64,000 bases of DNA from Azolla caroliniana. Lineage: Eukaryota > Plantae > Polypodiophyta. The DNA lies in NCBI GenBank assembly GCA_043228905.1, contig JBHGNT010000007.1:12834001-12898000 (forward strand). Direction: 5' to 3'. A program made the translations under genes and the position numbers. The notes beneath the pieces are model-generated. The model saw only the letters and a program-made list of their open reading frames with translations. It did not search any database and was not told the DNA's origin. Below, one piece after another: positions 23,428 through 36,861 of this stretch (positions within the stretch are counted from its first letter, which is position 1; each line of letters begins with the position of its first letter).

Positions 23428-26400
23428 ATGACTAGACCAACGCACGACTTGGTTACAGACCGAGCTCGACGCCTCGCCGAACGGCAAAGACGGCGTGAGA
23501 CTTTCCAGCAAGCAGCCCAGGAAATTCGCTCGGATCGTTCGTTCTCCAACGAGATCCGGTGAGTCGCGGAGGAATCTCTCCGGTTACGGCAAACTCGCGA
23601 CCAGGACGACGGAAGCAGTCTAAGTAGTCTCCGGGAAACCGAACGCCTCCTGGAGGCACTGGCAAGCGGAGAAAACGAGGCAGAAGCCTTTTCAGCCTAC
23701 GAATCGGATTCCGAAGGGGGATACAGCGTGCACACGAACTACCGGAGCAGCAACGATACCCCCGGCGGCCCGGAGGACGACGGGTCGGATACCGTGCCGA
23801 CTCCAGAACCAGAACCGCTCAACCAAGGCGATCCGGAACCGCAAACGGAAGCCGTTAACCCACCAACACCGGAAGTGGAAGAAGCAAAGCCACCAACACC
23901 AACGAAAGAGCCGGCAAAGGTACCGGAAGAAGAGCCGGTGAAGGGACCGGAAAAAGAACCGGAAAAAGCACCGGAAGTGAAACCGGAGAGAAAACCGGAA
24001 AGATATCAAAGAACGCCACTAAACCGCGGCCTAATACTGGACGACGACATGCCGTTCCAATACTCAAAGTATCGCGATGATCCGGACGCGGAAGCGCATG
24101 TTGATGACTTCGAGCAGACATGGGAAGCAAATCACACGTCCCAGCGAATGACACCGGAGGAAGAAGAACGCTCGAAGATAGCGGAATTCGGAGTCACGTT
24201 GGAGGGACCAGCGACACGATGGCGGCGGTCGCAGGACCCGGCGACCATCACAACATTTGCCGAATTAAAAGCAAAATTCTTGCATTTTTTCCACAAGGAG
24301 GTCGACCAGACGACAATGGTGGGCTTGTTTTATACGATCCGACAGGAGGCAGGGGAAAGCATTCCCCAATTCGTCATCCGTTTCCAACGAATGCATAGCC
24401 AGCTTGCTCGTGCACCCCCGGAGGAGGAATTACGGACGATATTTTTAAACGCACTCCGGGAACCGTTACGCACGGTGTGTACGGTAATCGACTTTCGAGG
24501 ATGCACCATCGACCAGGTCATTGACCGGGTCAGAGAAATGGAAAAGACAAGCTCATGGCTTACGCTGGGAACACTGCAACGGGCGTTACCCACCGAGGAA
24601 AATCTCCGGTTCCGGCAGGCAATTCAATGCACAATCTGCTTGAATGCCGGACACTCGGCAGTAGAGTGCACCATGCGCACTCAGTGTGTGATTTGTCAAT
24701 CCAAGAGTCATACAACGGACCGGTGCGAGTACAACCTGTTAAATCGACAAGCACCACCCGTCCGACGGATCGAGCCAAGAAGCAGCCGAGACGAAGATGA
24801 CGATCGTTGGCAAAGAGTGAACCGGTACCCACCGGCACAGGATGTCCGGTACGGGGACAGGCAAGAGAATGATGGCCGGTACGGGAATCGGCGTGATAAC
24901 TACGACCGGTATGAGCGATCGGACCGTTATCGGGAGTCTAACAGACGACACGAGCAATACGACAGAGACCATTCCCCGGGTTACCGAAGGCACCAGGAGG
25001 ACTACGGCCGATTTTACGATCTACCACGACCGGACTACCGGAATAAAAACAAGAATAATAAGAAACGTAATTTCAAGAAAGGTGGTCACACTAGGGACCC
25101 GGAACATGGAGCCCCAAGGAGCCAACCGGCACAGAACGCACCACTCACTACGGGAACGACTCCGGCTACCAGCAATGCTGAATCCAGCAATACCCGTAAA
25201 GAGTACTGCTACTACTGCAGGCAGGAAGGCCACTACAGTAACCAGTGCTCGGTAAAGAGCTACGAGAAACGACCAGCAGTTAATATGGTGGTTCCGGAAG
25301 TGGCGGAGATACAGCAAGTAACCACACGGTCGAAAGGCGTGGCTAAAGAATGGGAAACACAAGAGGCCATACGAAAACAGGCAACGGAATGGGTGAAGGA
25401 AGCCAATGAAAGGAACGTCGCGGACGCGGAACGGCAAAAGGCGAATACCATAGGGAGTGCCGGCGGTAGCCACCCAGAAAACGAGACATGGCAAGCACTG
25501 CAGGAATGTCAGATCACGTTGCCGTTAGGACGACTCTTGCAACTCGTGCCGCGATTTACGGAAGGACTAAAAACGGGCATGACAGACGGTATAGCTCCAC
25601 CGGCACCAGTCCTTTTCTCGAACCCGGAGGAGGGACCGACGGTGGTGGACACTAGTAGTCCGGCGATTACAGCTATTGTCAAAGGGCACGAACTTCCCGG
25701 CACCGTAATCGATGGAGGTTCCGGGGTGAACGTAATAAGCCTCCGTACGTGTGATGCCTTGGGTATACATGAATGGGAGCCATGCCCGTTCTGGCTACGG
25801 ATGGCGGATACGAGCTCGGTACGGCCGACGGGCTTAATACGGAAATTGGAAGTCACCATAGGAGGTCACACATTTCACATCTCGGCTGTAGTGCTGCAGC
25901 TACAGGCGCAAGGCGCGTACCCTCTGTTGCTGGGCAGACCATGGTTGAAAACAGCACACATCAAGCAAAATTGGCGAAAAAATATGATTACCTTCCGTCG
26001 CGGAAAAGCCAAGGTCCGGGTACCGACACAACCACGGACAAGCAATGGTAAGGAATGCACACCGCTGTATGCGGAATGTGTGAACATGCTTGAAGGATTG
26101 GCAGACGACAAAGAAGCCCAGTACTTGGAGGAACACCCGAAGATCGTACCACTCTTCGAGATTGACGTAGCTGAAGCCGTAGCCCCATACTTGCCGCAGC
26201 GGGACGACACCGAAGCCGAACCAGACAAAGATGCGATTCGAGAATTACGGCAAGCACAGGAAGCGTTGGAACGGGAAATGGCCGTTTCCCAACGGGTAAA
26301 AGCATCCCAACTCGAAGAAGTGAACCTAGGAAGCAAGGACGAATCAAAGCCGGTTCACATCGCCAAAGAAATGAAGCCGGAAGATAAAGCGGCGATGATC

Positions 26401-29022
26401 GAACTTCTCACGGAGTTTCGCGACGTATTCGCCTGGTCATACGAGGACATGCGAGGGCTGGACCCTCAATTATATCAGCATCAGATCCACCTAGGCAAGG
26501 ACGCGAAACCAGTGGCGCAAAGACGTTACCGAATGAACCCCAACTACGCCGCCAAAGTGAAGGAGGAAATCGACAAACTCCTAAGAGTGGGCTTCATCCG
26601 GCCGGTAAAGAAAGCGACGTGGCTGAGCCCCATCGTCGTCGTCCCCAAGAAGAACGGTAAAATCCGTGTGTGTGTAGATTACAGGAAACTAAATGCTGCC
26701 ACAATTACGGATGCATTCCCTCTTCCGTTCACGGACGGAGTACTGGATGCCGTCGCCGGTCATGAAGTTTATAGCTTTCTAGACGGGTTCAGCAGGTACA
26801 ATCAAATCCGGATGCACCCGGACGACCAGGAGAAGACAGCGTTCGTCACCGAATGGGGGGTGTTTGTGGCCGAAGTCATGATGTTCGGCCTAAAAACGGC
26901 ACCAGCAACGTTCCAGCGAATCATCATGGAGATCTTCGGCGAATACATTCTTGCCTTCATGCAAGTTTTCCTGGATGATTTTGCAGTCTATAGCCGGGGA
27001 AAAGACCATTTGCAGCACCTACGGTTATGCCTTGAAAAGTGTAGGTTATACCGGCTAAGCTTAAACCCAGCAAAATGCATCTTTGGAGTTTCAAGTGGAA
27101 TATTGCTGGGACACATTGTAAGTAAGGAGGGCATTGCGGTCGACCCGGATAAAGTAAACGCCATACTAGGGGCACCGGCACCAAAAACAGCCAAAGCACT
27201 AAGCCGATTCTTAGGACAAATCCGGTGGCACAGCCGGATGCTCCGTCACTTGGCGGATTTGGCGACACCATTACACACCGCGGTACATCGGACACCGTTC
27301 CAATGGACGGAGACGGAGGATAAGGCATACAATGCCCTGAAGGTACTTTTGTCGCAAGCACCCATCGTGCAACCTCCGGATTGGAGCAAGGAATTTCATG
27401 TGTTCGTTGACGCTTCCGACATCGCTATCGGCAGCGCCTTAATGCAACTTACGGAGCCCAAATGGTACCGGCCGGTATATTACGCCAGCCGGAAGCTGTC
27501 CCAAGTGGAGAAGAACTATTCAACGACGGAACGGGAGGCCCTGGGCATGATCTACAGTGTAACAAAGTTTCGGCATTACCTATTGGGAAGGAAGTTCTCC
27601 TTTCATGTGGATCACTCGGCGCTCCTGTACTTAGTGTCCAAGGCGTCCCTGACCGGTAAGTTGGCCCGTTGGACCTTGCTGTTGCAGGAGTTTGAATTCG
27701 AGATTTTCCACCGGCCCGGTATCCAGCATGCCGTAGCAGACTATCTAAGCCGATTAGAGTCCGGAGAACCAGGCGACGGAGTAGCGGATGAATTCCCGGA
27801 CGCAGAGTTATTCCGTATCACCCCGGAAACGGCAGCGGACGACACGGTGGCATCAGAAGATAGGTGGCTGACAAACATGCACCAGTTTCTAAGCACGGGC
27901 CTGCCACCGGAGGAAATGAACCGGGACGAGAGGAAACGACTGGCGGTGCAGAGCCGCAATTTCTGTCTATTACGGGACACTCTCTACCACAAGGGAGCAG
28001 ATGGAATATGGAGACGGGCAGTCCGTAGTGACGAGAAAGAAGTAATCTTACGGGAAGCACACTGTGGGGTTGCCGGAGGACACTATGCCGGGGAAGCAAC
28101 GGCAAGGAAAGTATGGCAGAGCGGCTTGTGGTGGCCCACGACGTTAAAAGACGCCGTCAAGTATGCTAAGGAATGTGACCTATGCCAACGAATGGGCCAG
28201 CCTACGGAGCAAGCACGGATGCCACACCAACCGGTACTTCCACTAGAGCCATTCCAGAAGTGGGGGTTGGATTTTGTCGGACCGTTCAAGCCACCGGCAA
28301 TGAGAACGGGTAATCGTTATGTCATCGTGGCAACGGATTATTGCACTAAATGGGTGGAAGCTAAGGTCCTGAGAGACAACACCGCGTCATCCACAGCAAA
28401 ATTCCTGTACGAAAACATTTGGTGCCGATATGGATGTCCGATTGAATTAATCAGCGACCAAGGAGGCCACTTCCTCGGCCAGGTAGTGGAAAGCTTAACA
28501 ACGTTCTATGCTGTGGTCCATAAACGAAGCACACCGTATTACCCACAGGCGAACGGGTTAGCAGAGTCCACCAACAAAACGCTGCAGAACATTCTCCGCA
28601 AAATTGTCAATGAAAACCGGACGGACTGGGACACAAAGCTCCATAGCGCGCTATGGGCGTACCGAACGGCATACAAAACAAGTATCCGGACAACGCCGTT
28701 CCGGCTAGCATTCGGCTTAGAAGCGGTCATGCCGGTCGAGTTTCAGGTACCAAGCTTACGGATCCAACTACGGGAACGGCTGAATGAAAAGAAGTCGGAG
28801 GAATTGCGGCTAGCAGCACTATGCGAACTGGAGGAGCAACGGCTGGCCAGCATCCTCCACATGGAACTGGAGCAACGACGACGGAAAACGTTCGTTGACC
28901 GTCACCGGAAAGGTAACGAAAAGATGTTCGAAATCGGGAAGCCGGTTCTAGTATTCCAAACGAGGATGGGCAAAATGCCGGGTAAACTCCGGTTCAGATG
29001 GACAGGCCCGTACAAGGGTTGA
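23428..29022 (+). CDS. Gypsy element C gag-pol polyprotein (gag, Zn knuckles, PR, RT, RNase H, INT); one in-frame TGA at 23560; truncated after GPY
   Basis: 1764-aa open frame from 23728, in frame with the ATG at 23428. Motifs CYYCRQEGHYSNQC, VIDGGSGVN, FLDDFAVY, FVDASD, HCGVAGGH..CDLC, LISDQG, RWTGPY. Confidence 0.95.
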
Positions 29023-30062
29023 TTAATATAATATAATTGTGGGATCCACGAGTTTGCTAACTCACTAATACACTATACTCGTGGGATTCACGAGTTTTTC
29101 ATATCTTTCTTTCTTACAATATATTTCATATTCTTAATTGCCTTAGAATTTTCTTTCCTCCTAGTCCAAAACCCCAACGGTTCCCACCCGACTCAACAAC
29201 GATCCGGAGCCGAAAGGCACGACAACGTAGAAGGCTCTGAACGAGCCAGAAACAAATCGGGCCCAACCTTCGTAATGAAGCATAAGGCCAATTCTATGGT
29301 CGTGAACACCTCAAAATCAAGCGAGGTGTGTTATGTTGATTCCGGGGCGTCAAATCATATGACGAGTCACGAGGAATGGTTCTCATACCTGGAGAAACCA
29401 GAATCACAAGGAGTGGTCGAAACGGGAGACGACACTCCGCATACCATCGAACATGTCGGCGAAGTTCCTCTCAGCCATGTCGGGCAGAAAGGGAAACTCA
29501 TGAACGTGTTGCATGTCCCGACAATAACGAAGAACCTAGTGTCGGTCAGCCAGATCATCGACCAGGGAATGCAGGTTCGATTCACGCATCTCGGCTGCTT
29601 CATAGAAGAGGAAGGCAAAGTAATCACGCAAGGGCACCGTGAAGGGAGGATGTTTATCCTCAACACTAATCAAGCCGGAACCACATTGTACGCAAAAGGA
29701 CAAAAGGTCGAATCGGATATCGACCTGTGGCACAAGAAGTTCTGCCACGTAAATTTCCCACGGCTTCATGGAATGTAGACGAAGAGCATTGTTTTCAGGT
29801 TGCCGAAATTTCGTGGCCGGAGTGGTTAAGTCTGCAAAGCCTGTCAGATGGGAAAACAACACCGACTTCCATTCCCCAAAGAGTGTAATCGTAGTCAAAG
29901 TCTGCTGGATTTGATCCATTCGGATGTGTGGGGTTCGGCACAGAACATGAGTCTTGGTGGCAACCGTTACTTTGTAACCTTCATCGACGACTTCACTCGA
30001 CACACGTGGGTATGCACGATCGTGAAGAAGAGCAAAGTCTTCGCATGTTTCCTGAAGGTTAA

Positions 30063-30738
30063 TGTTGGGAGATAGGTCCCTCCGGATGGGAACTGAGAAG
30101 AACAGTGTTGATGAGCAAACTCGGCCGAGGTCGAAACTGGATGTGGAGTACCCAACTACGGAAGACCCGGTGAGAGCCGGACGAGGAGTACCCAGCTACG
30201 GAAGACCCAGTGAGAACCGGATGAGGAGTACCCGGCAAGAGCCGGATGGTGAAGGCCCGGTGAGAAGTGCTCATCGGGTGAAGGGACATATTCATAAATA
30301 TGTTTCCTGAGAGGCCATCAGGGCTATATTTGTAAATAGCCGAAAAGTCATATTAGTATAAATATGACTTAGGGCAAACTTAGAAATATAGTGTTGTTGT
30401 CATTCTTGTTGGTGCAAGATCAGAGAGCGCGTAACAGTGTACAGAGAGAGAGAGAGAGAAAGAGGTTGTTGCCTCTGTTGTAACCGTCGCCTGTGGCGAA
30501 GATTGTGAGTGCGAGGTCGTTGCCTCCGTGAGCTCACTGTTGTAACCATTGTGATAGAGTGATAGTTTGGAGTCTGTAGACTCCCGTGGTTTTTCCCCCT
30601 CTCAGGGTTTTCCACGTTAAACATCCTGTGTACTCTTCTCTCCTTTGTGTCGTGCGTTCATTATCCGTTTTTTCTGTGTTTGATCTGAGACTCGGTTGTG
30701 GCCAAGCGTTGTTCATCGGGAGCGTGTAGTTCTTGACA
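30063..30738 (+). mobile_element. Solo LTR H, related to the copia LTR at 50888, inserted in the F integrase
   Basis: TGTTGG...TGACA ends; perfect 5-bp TSD GTTAA; shares GCTATATTTGTAAATAGCC and CTCCCGTGGTTTTT with 50888-51422. Confidence 0.9.
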
Positions 30739-33700
30739 GTTAAGAGCCTTATGGAAAGGGAAACAGGGCGTAAGATCAAATTCCTACGGTCCGATGGTGG
30801 GAAGGAGTACTTCTCCGACTAGTTCACAAGTTATCTATAGAAGGAGGGAATTCGGCGCGAATTCTCATGTAGATATACGCCAGAGCAGAACGACGTAGCC
30901 GAGCGGAAGAATCGGACGATTGAAGAAGCGGCCAGGGCAATGCTTGAAGAGAAGCATATGCCGAAATTCTATTGGGCCGAAGCCATGAAGACGATTTTCT
31001 ACCTACAGAATCGGACTTCTGCTAATGGAGGAGTGTCTCCACATGAGCTGTATTTCAAAAAGAAACCGAATTTGGCACACTTGAGGATTTTCGGCAGCAT
31101 CACGTATGTACACATGTTGAAGGAGAAGAGGAGGAAGCTAGATGCCAAGGCCGAGAAATGTATCTTGGTCGGCTATCCAGACGAGCAAAAGGGGTATAAG
31201 TGCTATAACTCCCAAACAAAGGAAGTATGCGTAAGCCGCGATGTCGCATTTGACAAGTTCGCTTCGTGGTACTTGCCTTCTCCTCCAGAACCTCATGACT
31301 CCATTCCGATTTCTGAAGAAGAAATCAATGAGGTGGAAATGCCTCCGCATGATGAGGACGTCGGAGCTCTGAGAGAGAGTCCGATCTCATTTCGGCTAAG
31401 CGGGCCGAATGAGGGGTTGGGCCGAGATGGCCAATCAGATGATGAGACGGCAAGTAGTGCAAACTCAGTCATGATGTCCCTGTGTAAAGAACCGAGGAGA
31501 TGGTTTACGCATAAGGAGAAAGGGAAGAAGAAGACGCCGAAATACGTTTTTGGTAGTGCCGAGTCAGTTCGAAGCGAATCTGACCTCGAGCTAGTCGAGG
31601 AGGAACCTCCACGGAAGAGGTCGATAGTAGCCGAGAAGGTCGTTAAATTGGGTAATCACGAATTATGTCGATCTACCCGCCTCAAGAACCCCGTAAAGAG
31701 ATACGGGTATAATGAGTACATGGCGGAAGTGCGTGAGCCGGAGAGCTACGTAGAAGCGACGAGACGCAAATTGGCGTGCCGCAATGGAGGAAGAGATGCA
31801 CACATTATTGGAGAATGAAACCTAGGACCTAGTTGACGCACCGAAGGGTGTGAAGCCGATTGGATGTAGGTGGGTGTACAAGGTCAAGTACAACACCGAC
31901 GGCTCTATCAACCGATATAAGGCCAGGTTAGTAGCGAAAGGCTACGCACAGAAGCATGGCGTGGACTATGATGAGACCTTCACGCCTGTCGCGAAGATGA
32001 TTACTGTGCGAGTCCTACTAGCCGTAGCAGCGGTGAAGGGGTGGCACTTACATCAAATGGATGTAAAGAACACGTTCCTACAAGGTGATCTTGAGGAATA
32101 GGTGTACATGGTACAACCCCCCGGATTTCTATCCGAACGAAACACCTCAACAGTTTGCCGAATGAAGAAGTCACTGTACGGACTTAATCAAGCCCCATGA
32201 GCCTGGAACGCGAAGATTACGCAACAATTGCGTAGGATGGGCTTTAGAACATTGAAATCAGACTCTTCTCTATTTGTTCGGTAAGGTCAACACGACCCAG
32301 TTAGTCTCCTATTATATGTTGATGATTTAGTCATCGCCAGTGCCAACCTGGACGAAATCCATCGCGTAAAGTCTCAACTCGTGGCATCATTCGAAATGAA
32401 GGATCTCAGAGACCTTCATTACTTCCTTGGGATCGAAGTGATCTGCACCCCCGAAGGCATATTGATCGGTCAACGTCATTATGCGCTGAATATGCTCTTC
32501 AAGTTCGGGATGGCAAACTGTAAGCCCATCTCGACCCCTTTGGACAGAAACGTAAAGCTTCGCCGAGATTCGAGAAAAGTGTGCGACCCGATACGGTTCC
32601 AACAAATTGTCGAGAGCCTTATCTATTTGACGATTACTCGGCCAGATCTTAGCTACCCGGTCTGCTTAATCAGTCAATTTATGTTGTAGCCTACGGTCGA
32701 ACCCCTTCAGGTGCATTACGATTTTGTCCGTAAGTGGATCCTTTCAAGTGAAGTCGAACTAGCATATGTTTCAACGGATCAGCAAGTTGCCGACATCTTA
32801 ACCAAGCCTCTTGATCTCGACAAGTTACGGCATTTCTCGGGTGAGCTATGGTTGTGTCACCTCGATATGCCGAACTTGAGGGGGAGAAAGGAAGACGAAC
32901 AACAACAATAGCGTGAAAGGAGCGGAGGTGTGCATCATGGCGGAAGTGACCGTGATGAGGAATCGGATGAAGAATTCGATTTCGGACCGGCTGAAGAAGT
33001 CGAAGAAGAAAGCAAGGACCGCAATCGTAGGGAAGAGCCGAGGACAGCCAAATTAGGGGGAGATACATCCAAGAAGGGCGTAAAGGCCAAGATCAAGACG
33101 TGGTCTGAAGTAGTCAAAGTCCTGAGGATTGAGGACGAATTGGAGACAGCAAACTCGGATGAGAGTGAAATTGAATCGGAAGAGTTCGATTCGATCGGTA
33201 TGTTCGATTCGGATACGCTGAGTCAACTGAAGGCCATGCGGAGAAAAGGCCAGTGAAGGATGCGCCGACACCGCGACAGCAAGGGAGCTAAGAAGGGCCG
33301 AACAAGCAGACAAGCCGACTGCAAGGGTCGAAGCGCGCAGAATCAAAGGGGTTGAGGAGCGCGAGCGAGGCGTGAAGCCAGAAGGAACCGGAGTGTAGAT
33401 TTCACGGAGCAAGTGGAACCTCAAGTTGAGCTTGAGGGGGAGTGTTGAGAGACAAGATCAACATTCGGTGCGAAGTACGCAGCGTAACCCAGTTCGTAGA
33501 CTAGGTGCGTGAAAAGGTACGCACAACAAGGCCGCATCAGTGTGAAAACCGAAGAGGCCGTTAGAGCGTTATTCCTCATAAGGAATAATTTTGGGAGTGA
33601 GTGTCGTGGCTCATTTATGAGCGTCAAGTGCTGTCAGTACTTGTGTCAGCCCAATTGTCAGGGCTTGTATATAAGGTGCTCACTGAGCATGAAGTATGTA

Positions 33701-33886
33701 CACAGAATAGAGAGTCATTATTTTTGAATCAGAGTTTTCTGTTGTCTACTCTCGCTCTCTCCATCTCCATCTCCATCTCCATCCCCATCTCCATCTCTGC
33801 ATTTTCTGAGTTTACCGAACTGTCTTATTTCCGAACTATGTACTCTGCGTTTGTGCACACGCTTCCGCACAACGTATTCTTTTACA

Positions 33887-36536
33887 ACGCACAAAGAGAA
33901 GGGGAAGAAGAAGATGTTGGAATACGACACCGGTAGTGAAGGGTCAGATCAGAACGAATCTGATGCCGGAAAGGAAGAAGGCGAATCTTTAGAAAGGAAG
34001 TCTGAACCGGTAAAGAAGGGACTCAAACCGGCTAACGAAAAGTTACGCCGGTCAACCCATCAGAAGAAAACCGTCATGAGGTACGGGTACAATGAATAAA
34101 TGGCGCATCACTATGCGTACATGACTAAGATGGCAGAAGTGCGTGAGCCGAAGAGCTACACAGAAGCAGCAAAAGACGCAAATTGGCATGCTGTTACAGG
34201 CATGACCATATAATATCTCGTGGTGAGAATTTACCGTTGTATTCTTTACACTCTTGTTTAACCCTCACACTTATCCACGTGTATAGAATACTACGGTAAA
34301 TTCTCACCACGAGATATTATATGGTCATGCGTATTCTATACACGTGGATAAGTGTGAGGGTTAAACGAGAGTGTAAAGAATACTATGGTAAATTCTCACC
34401 ACAGGATATTATATGGTCATGCCCGTAACACATGCTGCTAAGGAGGAAGAAATGCGGGCACTAGATACCAACGATACATGGGACCTTGTTGACCCTCCCT
34501 GACGGTGCAAATCGATCGGTTGCAAATGGGTGTACAAAGTAAAGTACAACGCCGACAATTCGGTCAACCGGTCCAAGGCCCGGTTAGTGGCGAAGGGATA
34601 CACATAGACCCACATAATTGACTACGATGAGACCTTTGCTCCGGTAGCGAAGATGACGACGGTTCGTGTGGTACTGGCGGTTGCTGCGGCAAGGGGATGA
34701 CATCTTCACCAAATGGATGCAAAGAATGTGTTTCTTCAAGGTGACCTTGAAGAACGGGTCTATATGATCCAACCCCCCCGGTTTCCAATCGGAGATGAAC
34801 AAGTTGGTAGTGTGCCGACTCAAGAAGTCGCTTTACGGTTTGAAGCAAGCCCCTCGAACTTTGAATGTGAAGATCACGCACCGGCTGCGTAAGATGGGGT
34901 TTGCGGCCTCAAAGTCCGACTCTTCATTGTTCATCCAGAATGGTCTGGACGGTCCGGTTTGCATTTTGCTTTATGTAGATGATTTAGTCATCACCGGACC
35001 CGGACTCCTTGCAATTGGCCGAGTGAAGTCCCAACCGTTGGACGCATTTGAAATGAAGGACTTGGGGGACCTTCATTATTTTCTTGGGATCGAGGTGATC
35101 TGAACCCCTGATGGCATATTGCTCTCACAACGCCATTATGTGTTGAATATGGTGTACAAGTTCAGCATGACAGAATGTCGACCGATCTCCACACCCCTGG
35201 ATCGAAACCTAAAGCTACGTCCTAACTTCGGCTCGACCTGCGATGAGAAATGGTTTCGAAAAATTGTCGAAAGCCTCATATACTTGACAATCACTCAACC
35301 TGACATCAGTTACTCAGTCAGAGTGATCAGCTAGTTCATGTAGAACCCGACCGTCGAGCACCATCAGTGCACACACCGGATACTCCGGTATGTTAGCAGC
35401 ACGAAGGATTGGGGACTGTTATACCAAAATGATATAGCTAGGAAGCTAGTCGGATATACTGATGTCGATTGGGATGGTGATGCATTGGATCGCCGATCCA
35501 CCTCCGGTTACATGTTTTCTCTTGGTAGAGTGGTTGTTGCGTGGAGCAGCAAAAAGTAGCCAACAGTGGCTCGGTCGAGCACTGAGGCTGAATACCGGGG
35601 CGCTACCATTGCCACCTGTGAAGCCATCTGGCTTCGGCGACTGCTACGAGACCTCCGGATCGAGGTGCCGACCCCAATCCTGATTTATTGTGACAACGTA
35701 AGCAGCATACATCTCGCCAAGAACCCTGTATTCCATGCTCAGACAAAGCACATAGAAGTGCATTATCACTTTGTTCGCGAGCGGGTCCTGAGCAGTGAAG
35801 TTGAACTTCGGTAAGTTCACAAGGATTGGCAAGTTGCTAACATCTTCACCAAGCCCCTCGGATCGAACAAGTTGCAGCATTTTTCGAAAAGATGCTCGGC
35901 ATTCAGCATCTCGATGTGCCGCACTTGAGAGGGAGAACGAGAACGAGAACGAATGGCACCAGACAAGGAGCTAGAGAGGAAGAAAGAACCAAGGGGGGAG
36001 ATAAGCATAAAAAGGAAGTCGAACCGACCGAAGGAATCGGCACATCCGAACAAGTCGGAGCAAGCAACAATGGAGGCAGAGTCAAGAAGGACAGAGCCGA
36101 CCAGAAGAAGGCCAAGACCCGAATGTGGTCCGATGTGGTGAAGGGCCTAAAAACGGAAGACGAGTTGGAAACTACCAACTCGGACAAGAGCTGGAATGAA
36201 TTGGAGGAAGCTTATTCGGTTCCAGATTCGGAGAAATCGGATCAACTAAAGGCCAAGCGGATGAGAAGGCAATGGAAGTCGACACTGACACGGAGGAACC
36301 GATGGATCGACAAGCGCAGGAGTCATAACAGCAAAGGAGCTGAAATGGGCATGTTGAGCAGACAAGCCGACCAAGGAGGTCGATGTGCGCAATACCGGAC
36401 GGGTCACGGGAAGCGGAACCGAACCGGACAAGGAGTGCGAGCAAGCCGGGAGGACGTCAGAAGGAGTCGGAGGAAAGGATCGGCTACTGGAGACACTAAC
36501 ACCACGATCCGACCTCAATGTGAGGTTGAGGGGGAG
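33887..36536 (+). pseudogene. Copia E RT-RNase H and charged 3' extension
   Basis: KKSLYGLKQAPR, LLYVDDL, ARSSTEAEY, CDNVSSI, KHIEVHYHFVRE. Confidence 0.92.
34192..34430. mobile_element. 239-bp palindromic (foldback/MITE-like) insertion
   Basis: TGTTAC...GTAACA ends; perfect 5-bp TSD CATGC; internal A-B-A'-B'-A' inverted-repeat structure. Confidence 0.9.
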
Positions 36537-36827
36537 TGATGAGCAAGAAAGCTCAACTGGATCTGGATCGGAGAGCCGGATCGGTCTCTGGATGATATCC
36601 AGAACCAGGAGCCGGATTGGATACCGGGATCGGATTGAAACCAGTAGGCCGTTAGAGGCCTACTATCCAGCCTAGTACGTAGGCCTATTTTTGGGAGTCA
36701 CTGATAGTCGCTCATGTGAGCATTGAAGTACTTGTCAGTCCTTTAGGGACTTGTATAAAAGTGCTCTTTGAGCACATTCTGTGTATAGAATATTGAGAGT
36801 ATTATTTTGAATAGAGTTTTATGTTCT

Positions 36828-36861
<34 letters not shown>

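Larger units (their letters stand above)
22219..29224 (+). mobile_element. Solo LTR G of the tRNA-Trp family (22219-22871 plus ~29014-29224), split by gypsy element C
   Basis: TGTCG...CGACA ends; perfect 4-bp TSD ACGT (removal restores SHYVEGS of F); homologous to LTR 46738-47767. Confidence 0.88.
20797..33886 (+). mobile_element. Ty1/copia element F nested in E: LTRs 20797-21206 and 33443-33886
   Basis: Matching TG...CA LTRs; 5-bp TSD ACGCG/ACGCA; iMet PBS at 21207-21218; PPT GAGCTTGAGGGGGAG. Gag 21311-22218, PR-INT 29225-31300, RT-RH 31800-32911 with an internal deletion. Confidence 0.92.
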
